62,322 nucleotides of DNA, filler included, from Basidiobolus ranarum (GCA_040143965.1; 10 parts of 10 records of this genome joined end to end with filler, not necessarily neighbours in it), one strand, 5' to 3'; positions 1-12,510 are shown, counted from the first letter of the whole stretch. The notes: generated by a model not told the origin, from the letters alone. A program made the numbers and translations.

Positions 1-1
1 C

Positions 2-3000
2 AAGTTGTTTTTGAATTTCTCGGCCTGGAAGTATTTGGAGGATAAATTACGTACAGCGGAAAATGAAGATAAACAACGCCGTAAATCCCACGCAACAAAT
101 GCTGAATCAATTAACCCAACAAATCCCTTCATTCCCGTAAGTCACAGCGAAGTATTACTGGATTATCAGGATCCGATCGAATCTATCAACGAGGTTACTT
201 CTCCAAAACCACTAGAACGGGAGATACCTTCGCCCGCACCAAACCCGGTGGACAACCGTTCGTTTTATAGTGCTGGTGATTCCTATTATAGTGATGATGA
301 TTTCTACGAACGCGAACGTGAATCCGAATCAGTGGTTGGGTCAGACACATTCTCACCTTTGTCAAATACTCCCCATGATACAAAGAAAGAATTCGAGCTC
401 ATGGAAACCAATGAACCTACGAAAATGAGTAAACCAAGAAAACGATGGATGTGTTGTACTTGGTCACTAACATTCTGGATTCCTACGTTTACCTTGAGAA
501 TATGTGGTAGAATGAAGCGTCCAGATGTGCAGATAGCTTGGCGTGAAAAAACAGCTTTGTGTATCATCATTTTGTTCATTTGCTTGTTCATCCTGTTCTT
601 CATTATCTTCTTTGGCCGGCTTATTTGCCCTAAGCAGTATGTCTTTTCTGAAGCAGAACTCGCGAGGCATACTTCAGCCAAAAGTCCTTTTGTATCCATT
701 CGAGGTGAAGTGTTTACCATCAGAGATTACAGTCATTTTACCGTTTCATCTGAGGATATCATAAAGAAGTATGCAGGCCGTGAAGTTGGTGACATACTAT
801 TTCCTGTACAAGTCAGCCTGGTTTGCGATGGGTACAAACCGGGAGGAATTGACCCAGCAGTAGTTCTTGAAAATTATACTTCTCATTCCGATAGTCAGTA
901 TCACGACTTTCGCTACGCCGTAAAAGGCAACAACATGTGGAATTTCTATCAAGACAACGTGATGAGAATCCTGCGCGCCAAACATCTAGAAGGACAAATG
1001 GCCTACCCTGTTCAACATGTACGTGATATGGCTAACACTGGTAAATACTGGGCTATTTTGGACAATATGGTTTACGATTTAAGCAAATATACCCCTTACG
1101 TGCAGTTCCCTCCAAACACTAAACATAGAGAGGTGGATTATCAATTTATGGATCCACAACTCGTTAATTTATTCCAAGTGAACAAAGGCATTGATGTTAC
1201 CAAGAATTTCAATGAATTGTATGCTGGTAATCCAGAACTCAAGCAGAAGATGAAAGTTTGCCTTCAAAATCTATTCTACAAGGGAGTAGTCGATACTCGA
1301 AACTCTCCGCAATGTAAATTTTCGAATTACATTTTACTCGCTTGCACAATTTTCCTGGGTGCCGTTATCCTCTTCAAATTTTTGGCTGCACTTCAACTTG
1401 GCTCTCGTCGTGAGCCAGAAGAACACGATAAGTTCGTTATATGCCAGGTGCCATGCTATACTGAAGGCGAGGAGTCACTCAAGAGCACTATTGACTCTCT
1501 TGCTCAACTAAAATATGATGATAAGCGCAAGTTACTCTTTATCATTGCCGATGGCATGATTGTTGGTGGTGGCAATGACAAGCCGACCCCATTAATTGTC
1601 CTTGATATTCTTGGTGTGGACCCAGAAGCTGACCCCAAGCCTTTGCCCTATAAAGCTCTTGGAGAAGGAAATCAACAACTTAATATGGCCAAGGTTTACA
1701 CGGGTTTATACGAATGCTCTGGACATGTAGTCCCATATATCGTAGTGGTCAAAGTAGGGAAACCTAGTGAACGCTCTAAACCTGGAAATCGTGGCAAGCG
1801 TGATTCTCAGCTTATCATAATGAACCTATTTAATAAGATTCATTTCGACCGAGAAATGTCGCCTTTGGAGTTGGAGGTATACCACCAGATCAAGAACGTC
1901 ATTGGTGTCGATCCTTATTTCTACGAGTACATTCTCATGGTGGATTCCGATACTATCGTCATGCCAGATTCTCTTAACAGAATGATCTCATGTATGCTGA
2001 ATGATAGTAAGATCATGGGTCTTTGTGGTGAGACAGAACTTTTGAATGGCAAATCCTCTATGGTTACTATGATTCAAGTTTACGAATATTTCATTTCACA
2101 TCATCTTGCCAAAGCCTTCGAATCGCTCTTTGGTTCTGTGACTTGTTTACCTGGTTGTTTCTCGATGTATCGTCTGAGAACTCCAATCAAAGCACAGCCA
2201 TTACTAATTGCCGATTGTATTGTTAATGAATACTCGGAGAACAAGGTAGATACTCTTCACAAGAAGAATCTTCTTTCGTTGGGTGAGGATCGTTACTTGA
2301 CTACTTTGATGTTGAAGCACTTCAACTACAATAAGATGACTTTCACACCTGACGCCAAGTGCAAAACCAACGCACCTGATGAGTGGTCTGTCTTACTTTC
2401 CCAACGTCGTCGCTGGATTAACTCTACTGTTCACAATTTGTTCGAATTGGTATACCTTCCTAGACTTTGCGGTTTCTGTTGTTTCTCCATGCGCTTTGTT
2501 GTTTTATTGGATCTGGTGTCCACCTTGGCCATGCCAATTCAATGTATTTACTTGGGTTACCTTATCTACATGGTGTGCACCGATACTTCCAATCTTCCTT
2601 TAACCTCTCTTATCCTCCTTGCTGCTATTTATGGTCTACAAGTTGTCCTGTTCCTCATCAAAAGACAATGGCAACACATTGGTTGGATGATTATCTACCT
2701 ACTCTCTCTCCCCATTTTCAGTTTCTACCTTCCTGTCTACTCCTTCTGGCATTTTGATGATTTCTCCTGGGGTAATACCCGTGTTGTCGTAGGTGAGTCA
2801 GGAAAGGCGAAGCATTTACCATCAGATGAGAAATTCGATCCTCGCAGTATTCCATTGAAGAAATGGAGTGAGTACGAGTTGGAAAAGTGGGAAAATAGTT
2901 CACATATTTCCGATACCAAAGGTTCAACGAGATATACTGGCTCTATCCACACTCTTGAAAATCGTAGCAGAAGCCAAGTGTCTTCATTATCTCGTGTAGA

Positions 3001-3568
3001 TATGCCTACTCGTCGTAGTATGTCCACATTGCCTAGATTTGGCGTACCCGTTGACGGATATAGTTCTCGGGATAGATCCTTATCTCCAGTATCTGTTGGT
3101 TATTCAGTGGGCCACGCAGGTCCGCCAAGACTACCAATGAATCCTGGAGCAGCTTCCGACCGTGCTCCTAGTGCACACGCCTACTCTACTGTTGGCTCCA
3201 TTGCAGAATTTAGATCACCATCAAGGAATATCAGCTCCTCTTCATTGGACATGAATAATCCATTTTCCAGTTACTATAGTAGAACCTCCCCACCACCTGC
3301 TTTTACTGGTGAAGAATACTTTAACGATGGTAGCATCAATCAAGTGGCATATCCAGCTTCCAACCCCAGCACTCCAGGAATTCCAAATATTCCAAATGAT
3401 CAAGAAATCTTACAAGAAGTTCGGGTAATTTTATCCACGGCGGATTTAATGTCCATCACCAAGAAACAAGTACGTGATGAATTAAGCCACTTCTTCGGAG
3501 TAGATTTGATCGTTAGAAAAGATTATATCAACAATTGCATCGATATGATTCTTCAAGGGCAGTTATAA
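2..3568 (+). CDS. Chitin synthase class V/VII (myosin-motor type), 5'-truncated by contig edge; no introns in this part
   Basis: 1187-aa ORF with: KLFLNFSAWKYLEDKLR (resembles the end of the myosin-like domain); AWREK; cytochrome-b5-like regions; GT2 motifs PCYTEGEESL, GNRGKRDSQ, MVDSDT, CLPGCFSMYR, LGEDRYLT, QRRRW, WHFDDFSWGNTR; and a C-terminal DEK-C domain (ADLMSITKKQVRDEL). Confidence 0.96.
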   Translation, partial: KLFLNFSAWKYLEDKLRTAENEDKQRRKSHATNAESINPTNPFIPVSHSEVLLDYQDPIESINEVTSPKPLEREIPSPAPNPVDNRSFYSAGDSYYSDDDFYERERESESVVGSDTFSPLSNTPHDTKKEFELMETNEPTKMSKPRKRWMCCTWSLTFWIPTFTLRICGRMKRPDVQIAWREKTALCIIILFICLFILFFIIFFGRLICPKQYVFSEAELARHTSAKSPFVSIRGEVFTIRDYSHFTVSSEDIIKKYAGREVGDILFPVQVSLVCDGYKPGGIDPAVVLENYTSHSDSQYHDFRYAVKGNNMWNFYQDNVMRILRAKHLEGQMAYPVQHVRDMANTGKYWAILDNMVYDLSKYTPYVQFPPNTKHREVDYQFMDPQLVNLFQVNKGIDVTKNFNELYAGNPELKQKMKVCLQNLFYKGVVDTRNSPQCKFSNYILLACTIFLGAVILFKFLAALQLGSRREPEEHDKFVICQVPCYTEGEESLKSTIDSLAQLKYDDKRKLLFIIADGMIVGGGNDKPTPLIVLDILGVDPEADPKPLPYKALGEGNQQLNMAKVYTGLYECSGHVVPYIVVVKVGKPSERSKPGNRGKRDSQLIIMNLFNKIHFDREMSPLELEVYHQIKNVIGVDPYFYEYILMVDSDTIVMPDSLNRMISCMLNDSKIMGLCGETELLNGKSSMVTMIQVYEYFISHHLAKAFESLFGSVTCLPGCFSMYRLRTPIKAQPLLIADCIVNEYSENKVDTLHKKNLLSLGEDRYLTTLMLKHFNYNKMTFTPDAKCKTNAPDEWSVLLSQRRRWINSTVHNLFELVYLPRLCGFCCFSMRFVVLLDLVSTLAMPIQCIYLGYLIYMVCTDTSNLPLTSLILLAAIYGLQVVLFLIKRQWQHIGWMIIYLLSLPIFSFYLPVYSFWHFDDFSWGNTRVVVGESGKAKHLPSDEKFDPRSIPLKKWSEYELEKWENSSHISDTKGSTRYTGSIHTLENRSRSQVSSLSRVDMPTRRSMSTLPRFGVPVDGYSSRDRSLSPVSVGYSVGHAGPPRLPMNPGAASDRAPSAHAYSTVGSIAEFRSPSRNISSSSLDMNNPFSSYYSRTSPPPAFTGEEYFNDGSINQVAYPASNPSTPGIPNIPNDQEILQEVRVILSTADLMSITKKQVRDELSHFFGVDLIVRKDYINNCIDMILQGQL

Positions 3569-4225
3569 TTTGTATTTTTGATTTGTGTTTTTAGTTTAAT
3601 CTATTTCTCCCCTTCCCACCTTTCATTTCTTCCACTTTCACTTCCACTCCCATCCCTTCTCCTCTTCCTTCATTTCTCCGAATATACTATGTTCCATGTT
3701 GATTTGTTTAGTTCATAGGTTAATATCAAGTAAAAAGGTTGAAAATATACTAGCTAAATATATTTCTCTAGTTGAACCGAATCTATCATTTAGTACAATA
3801 CATCATTTAGTACAATACACCTAGAAGCCTATCGATCAATATCGCAGAATCTCTGAATTAGGATAATGTATTTTAGCTTTGGGATTAACCGGTAACCGGA
3901 GAACAATTAAATAAAACCAGTGATGTTTTGGAAAGAAAGAGAAAAAAATTTACAGAGAAGATGGATTACTATAGCGAGTGGGGAGCAATTGAAGTAGGGT
4001 AAATGAAAAAACCCAAATCTCTAAAAATTTACAAGCTACATGAGCAAAAGTATAGTCGTTATAGGATGATGTGGCGGTGGTAGTGGTAGTGGTGGTAGTA
4101 ATAGTAGTAGCGGCAATAATAGTGTTGATACACGATTCTGTGTGGAAATAAGTGGACTTGACCGCGAGAAATGCCGGGGAAATTTCGAAACAACTTTCTA
4201 AGGAATTGAAAACAAAAACAGGAAT

Positions 4226-6157
4226 CTAATTCAAAGTACCACGACAATGTTTCGAACCACAGAGGCATGGAATCTTGTCATCTTCAATGGGGAATTTATA
4301 ATCGTACGTAATTTCCTCACCCTCTTCAATGTCCCGCTTGGTGTAGATTACGATCTTCTTCTGGCCATCAACGGTAATCACCTTGGCATTACAGTTTGGC
4401 TGTTCAATGCAAGATAAAGCATTAATACAATCCTTGGATATTTATGAGAGCAAGTGGACGATAACTTACCGTACAACAATGATTAATGAATCTTGCGATG
4501 TTTCCCATCTTGGTAGCATCAATAACCGTATCTTCATCCACTCGAAACAAATAACTGCTCCCAATTCCTGAACGTTCATATATTTTCTCTCGATGATCAG
4601 CGACTTTCTGGCGAATAATCTCACCAATGTACTCAATCACCATATCGTTGGCTTCAATCTTTTCCATAGCAAACAGCCCCCAGTCATGAATAGGAGACTT
4701 GGCAAATTTGAGCTGTTTCTTGCGAACTTTAAGCTGATTGAATTTAAAAGTATCTGAGTCCATACTGGCCGATTTCTTGTGCAGTTCCATTAGTCTTCGA
4801 TGATTGATACGATTCATTCTTGATGATACTTTTGGCGTGCAGAAAAGTGCCTCCTGCTTTTGTGGTAGATATATAGATTTAGCTTCAGCTGGTATTCTAT
4901 AGTATCCCTCGGTTCGTGCACTTCCAGAAACATGGACAGGAAGAAGGCCTGGAAAGAAATAAGTACCACCGTTAATACACGTAACACCAACAAAAGAAAT
5001 GTTCTTAATGCACTATTACCTTTTTTCCGTTCAATTTCCAATTCATCAATCACAGATTGATTCTTCAAGTCGCTTTCACCGCCCTTAGACATTAGGCCTT
5101 CATCTTCAGAGGAGGCTTGGTGGTCTGGTTCCTGCTCTATATGTTGACTTGCGTCGCTATTATGTCTTGCACGCTTCTTTCTGGTAGCTTTCTTTCGCGT
5201 ACTTTCAAGCTCAAAACGATCGTGGTCCGACCCATGGTTTGAACGGTTGCGTCGCTTAGATCTGCCAACATCCTCATCGCTAGAATCAGTAAATTTGATG
5301 GAATGACGTCTTCGAACAGTTTTCCCTCTTTCATGCTTGGTACCATAACCTTTAGAACTTCCTCTTTCATGGATATCCGACTTAACGGACTGGGATCGAG
5401 AGCGGATTTTTTTGGTTTGGTGTGAAGAACTGTCAGAAGAATAATTGATGGAAGTTTTGCTACGCGAATCTTTGCGGATGCTTCGCGTCCTACGCTTTCT
5501 ACGAAAGTTGCGTCCATGATCAGAATAATTGGAATCAGAGAATTGTTCCAACGAATCACTCGTATCTGAGTGACGAACACGCTTACTAGGCTTTCGTGTG
5601 ATTCTCGAGTCTCTATCCGAAGCTGAGTCGGAATAATCAAAGTTACGTTTGTGACCTTTTTGTTTCGAAGGACGACGATGATGCGCCTTGTGTTTGCTGG
5701 CTTTTTCAGGATCGAAATCATCAGCAACAATGAAATCATTTCTATCACTATCGGATGAATCAGTTTCCCTATCGCGATTCTCTTGTAATTCTCTTAAAAA
5801 CTTGTCATGATCACCGCCATCATCCTCCGTGCTACTCAAGTAGTCGCGTAGTCTCTTCTGTTGCAGCTTTCCCTCTAGTTTGGCACTGCGATGTTTAGTC
5901 TCTTTTTTGTGCTCGATTGATGCGGAATTGGATGAAAGAGAAGAATCACTATCGCTTGGATATTTGGATTTCTCCTTAGTGGATCGACTCTGTCGACTTT
6001 CCACATGTTTTTTGGTATCATCAACATCGTAATTTGAACGCTTGGACTTGTCTGAACGAATATGTCGAGTGGGCATCATCCTTTCTCTAGAAGAAGATGT
6101 CTTCTTCTTGAATCGAGGAAGACTAGCGATCCATGACGACATAGCAGCAACTGGCTC
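4226..6157 (-). CDS. SET1: Histone H3K4 methyltransferase Set1, C-terminal part (5'-truncated); GT-AG introns at 4949-5019 and 4400-4469
   Basis: Splicing joins a Ser/Arg/Asp-rich region to the N-SET motif [12 protein letters not shown], the SET domain ([40 protein letters not shown]) and post-[18 protein letters not shown]; stop TAG at 4226-4228. Confidence 0.95.
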
Positions 6158-6257
6158 NNNNNNNNNNNNNNNNNNNNNNNNNNNNNNNNNNNNNNNNNNN
6201 NTTAATTAATTAANNNNNNNNNNNNNNNNNNNNNNNNNNNNNNNNNNNNNNNNNNNN
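6158..6257. other. Artificial contig spacer (44N-TTAATTAATTAA-44N); identical spacers at 12411-12510, 18662-18761, 24909-25008, 31151-31250, 37391-37490, 43628-43727, 49865-49964, 56095-56194
   Basis: Nine identical 100-nt spacers with an all-frame stop linker; the segments between them decrease in length; genes are cut at the spacers. Confidence 0.99.
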
Positions 6258-8041
6258 GATTCGGTGTTTCTCAAGTAGGTGCATTGGATTCGCTTGCTCT
6301 CAATGGGCAATTGATTAACTAGCTCCAGACACAAGCCAGAGCTGATGGCGCCTCTTCTTGCGGAGTTCCCGGGATTGTTGGTGTTTAAAAGAACTTGCAT
6401 GATAACCTCATCCCTTTCGTCATGGTTTGAATCTCCTTTGGTCAGCAAAGTCCAGACTTGAGGTCCAATCCCAGGTAATGGTTCGCCAATGGCACTTTTG
6501 AAAGTTCCACCGTCAATAGTAATGTAATAAGCGCTGCTAGGACTGTTGAAAGTCCACGAAGAAGCAGCAAAACTGTAACTATCCATAGATGTCATATTCA
6601 TTTGCACATTGATGATTTCTCTCGGATATTGCTGGTAATTGATGCTATAGATGCTGATTTTCCCGAACCCAATGGTATAATTCGAGTCTAAGAAGTAGAC
6701 TTTGAAGTCACTCCTATTCAGATCAATCGTTGATCCCAAGGCTGGTGCAGCATTAATAATATTAGGGTTGTTATCGTACTGGGAGCGATTTAGGAAAGTT
6801 GGAAGATCTGCAGAGAATACTTTGTAACCTTGGATGACCCAATCTCCTGGGTTGATGGTGCCCTGTTCATCCAAGGTCAAAATGGTATTGTTTGGAAGTA
6901 CAGTTGCTCCTCTCATCTTTATATTTGGGTCTGTGAAAGGCGCTGAGTTCCACCAACGGTCATATAATCTCACAGGTGTGGCAGAGATCGACGATAAACT
7001 AACTAGACCACCGTATGGAAGGCCATACACCAAGGGCAAGCTTAAGGTTTCCGACGTGTCTTGCTCTGTTTCACTTAGTTTAGTAGGTAAAGTAAACTGA
7101 GATCCAGAATACGAGAACTGAGTGATGTATGTAGTACGTTTCCATGTAGTTTGGTTGATGGCGGTGGGTGAGAATTCATCGTAAACACAAAAGTGACCAT
7201 CTCCAGCTTTGATAGCATCACATTTGACGATCATAAGGAACCCCGGTACTTGGGAATTGGCCACAATAAATGCTTTTGCAGGAGGTTTTCCATCTTTGAT
7301 GTAAGCGGTCCGTATCAAACTGATATTGTCTGAGGTTTTTGATGACCAACTGACCATGAAGCTGCCGTCTGCAGCTACAGATGCTGAGATGGTTGGCTGA
7401 AAGGGCTCAGTATTATTCACAACTTTATCTATAAGTTGTTCGGCCAAAAACCCACTAGCTAACAGGCTGGGAGGGGATAGCAAAGCACCGGTTCTGTTGA
7501 ATTGATATATGTTGATGTCTGCCACCTTTGTGACTGGTACTATCCGGGCTACAGCGACCATGATCCTCAATGGTTCTTCGGTGGTGACAGCAGCATCGAA
7601 AGCATCGACTCTCTGCGGCAACGATTGCGGCTGGTTAAGCGGGTTTCCATATTTATCGTAGATCCGAAGAAACAAGGTCTGCTCACCAGAGTCTCTATAG
7701 AGGTGAGCAAATCCATCATCAGAGAAAGGTAAGAATACCGAGTGTTCTTCTGAATAGATCCTTGGCATATCTTCTCGACGAAATTTCAAAGTACGATTAC
7801 GATCGTAAACCTCGATGATACCTGGGTTGGTGGATGATATGAAATTTGCTTGGACATTTGTAGAATTATCAAACGCTTGTTTGCTAATATAACTATTGAA
7901 ACTCCAAAGTGTATTTCCACTGCTACTGAAAGTGGTCATACGCAAGAATGGCACAGAATATGCTTGACTAGTAATTGTAGGTATTCGATAAAATAGATTG
8001 AAAAGTAGAAAAAGGTGCTTCCAACTTGTGGCTATACTCAT
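6258..8041 (-). CDS. Large putative secreted/cell-surface protein with beta-rich N-region and an SbsA/Big_5-like Ig domain, 3'-truncated
   Basis: Uninterrupted ORF from ATG 8041 (MSIATSWKHLFLLFNLFY..., signal-peptide-like); many N-X-S/T sequons; Ig-like segment NIINAAPALGSTI...TFNSPSSAYYITIDGGTFKSAIGEPLPGIGPQVW. Confidence 0.75.
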
Positions 8042-9914
8042 TTTTAGGCGTGTTTCTGGTGTGAGGTGAGGTATGGGAAGTACTGCAAAATTACCTCTGT
8101 GTAAGGAGCTCTCTGGGTGGTACAACCGCGAAGATAAGTCAGCCTCGCAGGAATCTCCAGCCAATGTAGGGGGGAGAGAATAGAAGATGGAATTGTGATC
8201 AAGGTTGATGAACTGGGAGAAAAGAGAAGAAAATGAGCACTAGTGGTCTTCAAATGATCTTATCCTGCTCGCCTATTTAAACTGCAACGGAGTGTTGTCA
8301 ACTTTCCCAAGATTTTTAAGGTCTCAGATTCAAGTCATAGAAGGCTCAGGATATCACTGAATAACTATCACAACGAGTTTCCGTGTTGAATGTTTATTTT
8401 TAACTGGGCGAGTGATTAGCTTCTAACCAGGATTTGTCTTTAAATATCTCCCCAGGCCATCTCCATAGCGCCCGACTTGATGCGATAACTCCATAAAGGT
8501 TTTCGATAAATCAAGAATATCTGCGAATGAGGACCCGAATTTTTCATCATTTGTAATGGTCATGGCTATGGCTATGGTTTGTTTATGAAATCCTTCATCA
8601 GCCATACTCCGATCGTTCAACCAATTCAATTCAATTCAATGTGAGTAATTGACTCCATGGATCCATAGTAGCCTTTATCCAACACAGTTCGATTTCCATC
8701 GAATCAGTTGATCGTGATGTGTATCTCATAATGACTTGTAATCACGCCGTTTACAGATTGTAAACCTGTTCGTTTACTGATCAGTATATATATAAGCTTA
8801 AATGAGTGGCTCACTTACGCAGAATCCCTTGCTGTCGATGAATTGGGAGTTATTTTCGAGCATGCCAGTGGGGGCTTAGGATAGTAAGAAAGAGATGTGT
8901 CTTACTTCATGTTTTACGCCAGATACAACCATGAATAGGCTAAGCAGATGAAGGCGTAGGGTGAAAGTGTCACAAAATGGCTACTATTGATGTTTAAATA
9001 TGGATTTTTGGAGTGAAATGAAGTTCTTGTAGAATCTCAAGCATCTGTACTCCTCTCACATATCCCTGGCTTTACTCTATTAAAGTTGAAGCCTTCATCA
9101 AATACAGTGAGACTGCACGGTAACCGTTAACTCATTAATCACTATAGGCTATAGTGGTGTCAGATTGTTTGTAGGATGGTGTCCGTCCCCAATCAGTCGG
9201 AGAGAACACCATTCTTCATTAATATTAACTATATGGCCAGCAAAAATTTCAAGCCGACCTATAAATATAGGAAAATGCTAGCTTGGATACATCAAGAAAT
9301 AGAGTTCTAATAATAACCAAAACCCGCTTCCCATCACTCCATATTCCCATCTCATTCGATCATCAAATAGCATGATCCCATGCATTTTTAGAACTTAAAG
9401 TTGGAGATCCTATCACGTGAAGTTTCAAAAAACTATAGCCTAGATTTACTGAATTTATCCTGGCAAAAGCATTGCCAACGGTAAAGGTAGCACCAGGATT
9501 ATTGAAACTGTAGTTGGAGATAGGTAAATTAGTGCTGACATTTCGCTGTAGTTCTCTTCAACCGATGGTACAGTTTATTCCTATGACGCACTCAACGAGC
9601 TTAGTCCTTAGCGATAGGACTTCGATATTTCCATCAATAATACTAGTATCAGTAAAACTGACTAGGAATGAATATCACTTGAAACAAGCGTGGTTAGGGA
9701 ATCGACGAAGGAGAGAGAGGTTACTGACGGGTGTGCTATATTAGGGTATTATTGTAATGAATAGGAGGGTACTGGCGGGGTGGCGGAACTTGATACTTTT
9801 TACATTGCCTCTGGTACTAATCAGGGTTGAACATTCATCTCAAGAACGTTTGTGAAGAAGGTATTAGGCAATAGATAAGAGGGAACATCCATATAAATAC
9901 AAGTCACTCTCTTA

Positions 9915-10970
9915 TTAAGGAACATAGTTACAATTTTCCAGGTCTTCCATGATTATGCTCAACTGGATATCTTCCTCGTGTCCTCCGTTCAAGTGGGTAT
10001 CGGATAAATCATGTTGATCTGAAGAGAGATGCGTGTTTGTATCACGCAAGATTGCCGATTTTGACATCTTGGTTCGGGGAAAATCATCTAGTTCATGAAT
10101 GTTTATAGCGTGTACTCGTGGAAGTCCAGATTTTTTAAGACCTTGAGTGCGTAGAAGCTGCTCTACGGTGAGTTTAGATGAAACGGCCCCTGAAAAATAT
10201 TGGTATGAGTCTCGGCTAGAAAAGGGTATCCTAAGAGCTCTAGCTTGATATAGATATTGGAACTTACAGCTAATATTAAGTAGTACACTTGAGTTATCCC
10301 CCAGAATATGTAGTAGAACAAATATCATAATCACGATACTGGTGAATGAGGTTGCGATTGAATAAACAGTTCCATCCTGTAGTAAGGTCGAGTAAAGCTT
10401 GGTTCTGATGCATTTCCACTGGTTATAAACTGAAAACAAGAAGCACGCTGATAGGTAAAGATTTAAAGAAATTTCCACTGCCACAACTAGAAATACAGTA
10501 GTGGTATTCACCACATTTGCACAAGTGAAAAGCGGAGTCACAAGAACCTTGGTAAATAAGATATGTGCAAGACCAACAGAGAACCTAGCAAAACCCAAGA
10601 TCATCCCGTACGAAAGTACTGGATATGAGGACTCTGAGCAATAATAAGCCTTGACTAGGAGGATCGTTTCGATACATGTTGTGGAAAGTAAGTTCATAAC
10701 GGCCACCGTATACATCCTCATTTCACACATAAAGTTGAATTGAAAAAAGAGCAAGATCAGAGTTACGTTGGCGATGGCACCTAATAATGCTTGCGAGAAG
10801 CATAAATAGTAAATTGGTTTCCGGTTTTCTATGACTAGTTTCAATGCGTGATATGTATTGTTAATGAAGACTGTAGTAACCATCGCTATCACCGCCATCA
10901 TCATATTACTTTCATACAGTAAAGGTAGACGAATGGTGACCTGGTTTGGAAGTTCAGGATTAGAATTCAT
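9915..10970 (-). CDS. Orphan multi-pass (about 7 TM, GPCR-like) membrane protein; predicted in-frame intron 10190-10267
   Basis: Series of hydrophobic helices followed by a hydrophilic C-tail. Removing a 78-nt GTAAGT...TTTTTCAG intron gives LLNISWAVSSKL and a 325-aa product. Confidence 0.7.
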   Translation of the reverse strand: MNSNPELPNQVTIRLPLLYESNMMMAVIAMVTTVFINNTYHALKLVIENRKPIYYLCFSQALLGAIANVTLILLFFQFNFMCEMRMYTVAVMNLLSTTCIETILLVKAYYCSESSYPVLSYGMILGFARFSVGLAHILFTKVLVTPLFTCANVVNTTTVFLVVAVEISLNLYLSACFLFSVYNQWKCIRTKLYSTLLQDGTVYSIATSFTSIVIMIFVLLHILGDNSSVLLNISCKFQYLYQARALRIPFSSRDSYQYFSGAVSSKLTVEQLLRTQGLKKSGLPRVHAINIHELDDFPRTKMSKSAILRDTNTHLSSDQHDLSDTHLNGGHEEDIQLSIIMEDLENCNYVP

Positions 10971-11815
10971 GAGATAAAGTGAAGGCTCTATAATAGGGAA
11001 CCTCTCGTTTTCGACCGGGGAAGAGAGTTTTGAAACGGCAAGTATTCTGTAGTCTAATGCTTTAATTTAAGGTAATTTCACAATACGGACAAAACCTATG
11101 TCATGTAGAGGGATGAATAGGTCTTCAGTTACATGCTCAACTTATATTTGATAACATCATATACTCTGCTCAACCTCATGCAGCAAGAGCCCTATTACTG
11201 TAAACCATCCCAGTTACGGGTATATATCAGCTCAATTTGGACAAATCTCGGGGCCTGCAGGCAGATAGAAGCAAATCCACAATCCCCCACTTTGATTGAT
11301 ATGAATATTCACAGTTCTGGTACTCCTTGATGTAAAGGAGTCTCGGTAGATCAACCAGTTGATCCTGATTTTCAATTAGCGCCTGAATGATTTAAAACCC
11401 ACTGTATCTACCAGAGAATTGCTTGCAGCTTGAAGACTATACAATACAGTAGAGCATTATTGTATCCAGAATGAGTGAATGAGCTGCTCTTAGAAATGTC
11501 TAGGGATAGACACCTCTCTTCCCCCTTCCAATATGCTCGCTTACCAATATGATTTGAATCCTCGCAACCCTGAAGAGTGAGGATTAGTGTACCTAGCTCC
11601 TAACTAGATTTATGGACAACCCCTTATCTACATGTACATGTTTGGTAACAGAAAACTCGGATATACATACGCAATGTCCAAGTGTACTCTTCATATGTTT
11701 TTAATCTTTGAAATATCCCTTCGAACTTCAGTATGTTAATCAACTCGAAGATACAAATGCTAGAATACTGATGCCAATTTATTTATAACTATAACATCTA
11801 AAGGTACATAAGTTT

Positions 11816-12410
11816 TCATGTTCGAATGAGGCAACGGATATATTCTGGATTCTTTAACAATATCTGAAGGCGCTCCTTCTCGGAAAGGGAAGGGTCCAGT
11901 TTGGCAAGGCCTGGTTGAATTGCTCTGTCGTAAAAATTTCTAATGTATATCCTTGAACGCCACGGAATTAACTGATGGATGTCAGCCCAAGAACGCCCAT
12001 ACTTTATTAACCCCTCTAGCATCAATTTACTCTCATCAAAAGACCATTTGCCTTTTTTGAGATAGGGAGCTAGATAATTATCGTAACGCTCGGCAACTGT
12101 AGCGTGATCTCTTCCAGGCATTTCCTTAACTACGGCATGCCAATCCCTGCCAAATTTTTCGACATTTTCCACGATCATCCTATCCTCCTCTGGTGTCCAC
12201 GAGCTTTTATTCAATGTGGGATCTAATCTGCGTTTCCATCGCTGTTGGCATGATTTGGGTGATCTTTGAATACTCTCAGAAATGAGCTTCCATTGATGAG
12301 AATATGCTGGAATATTCATCAATTCCCTCAGACTATTATCGTCTTCTGGTGACCACTTACCTTCCCGATATCCCCGTTTTGACATGGCAAGTCTATAGCA
12401 CCGCGCCAAA
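11816..12410 (-). CDS. Multi-repeat Myb/SANT DNA-binding protein, 5'-truncated
   Basis: Three Myb repeats with spaced Trp: GKWSPEDD..WKLI..RSPKSCQQRW; SSWTPEED..GRDW..MPGR; GKWSFDE..GRSW..IPWRS. Confidence 0.9.
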
Positions 12411-12510
12411 NNNNNNNNNNNNNNNNNNNNNNNNNNNNNNNNNNNNNNNNNNNNTTAATTAATTAANNNNNNNNNNNNNNNNNNNNNNNNNNNNNNNNNN
12501 NNNNNNNNNN

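Noticed and set aside
3785..3818. 17-bp tandem duplication ATCATTTAGTACAATAC x2
   Set aside because: Two copies with no spacer; ordinary slippage, not CRISPR-like.
4071..4124. His/Tyr-rich ORF 4059..4268 and the GTR-type triplet run
   Set aside because: A degenerate trinucleotide repeat in the SET1 3' region; the ORF overlaps SET1 out of frame.
5137..5748. 203-aa alternative-frame ORF inside SET1, and antisense ORFs within CHS, RRP12 and the kinase
   Set aside because: Shadow ORFs of long coding regions with no motifs.
6158..6257. Regularly spaced TTAATTAATTAA palindromes as a repeat array or biological motif
   Set aside because: They are artificial linkers inside N spacers; the roughly 6.2-kb periodicity reflects size-sorted contigs. 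Gene clusters spanning spacers were disregarded.
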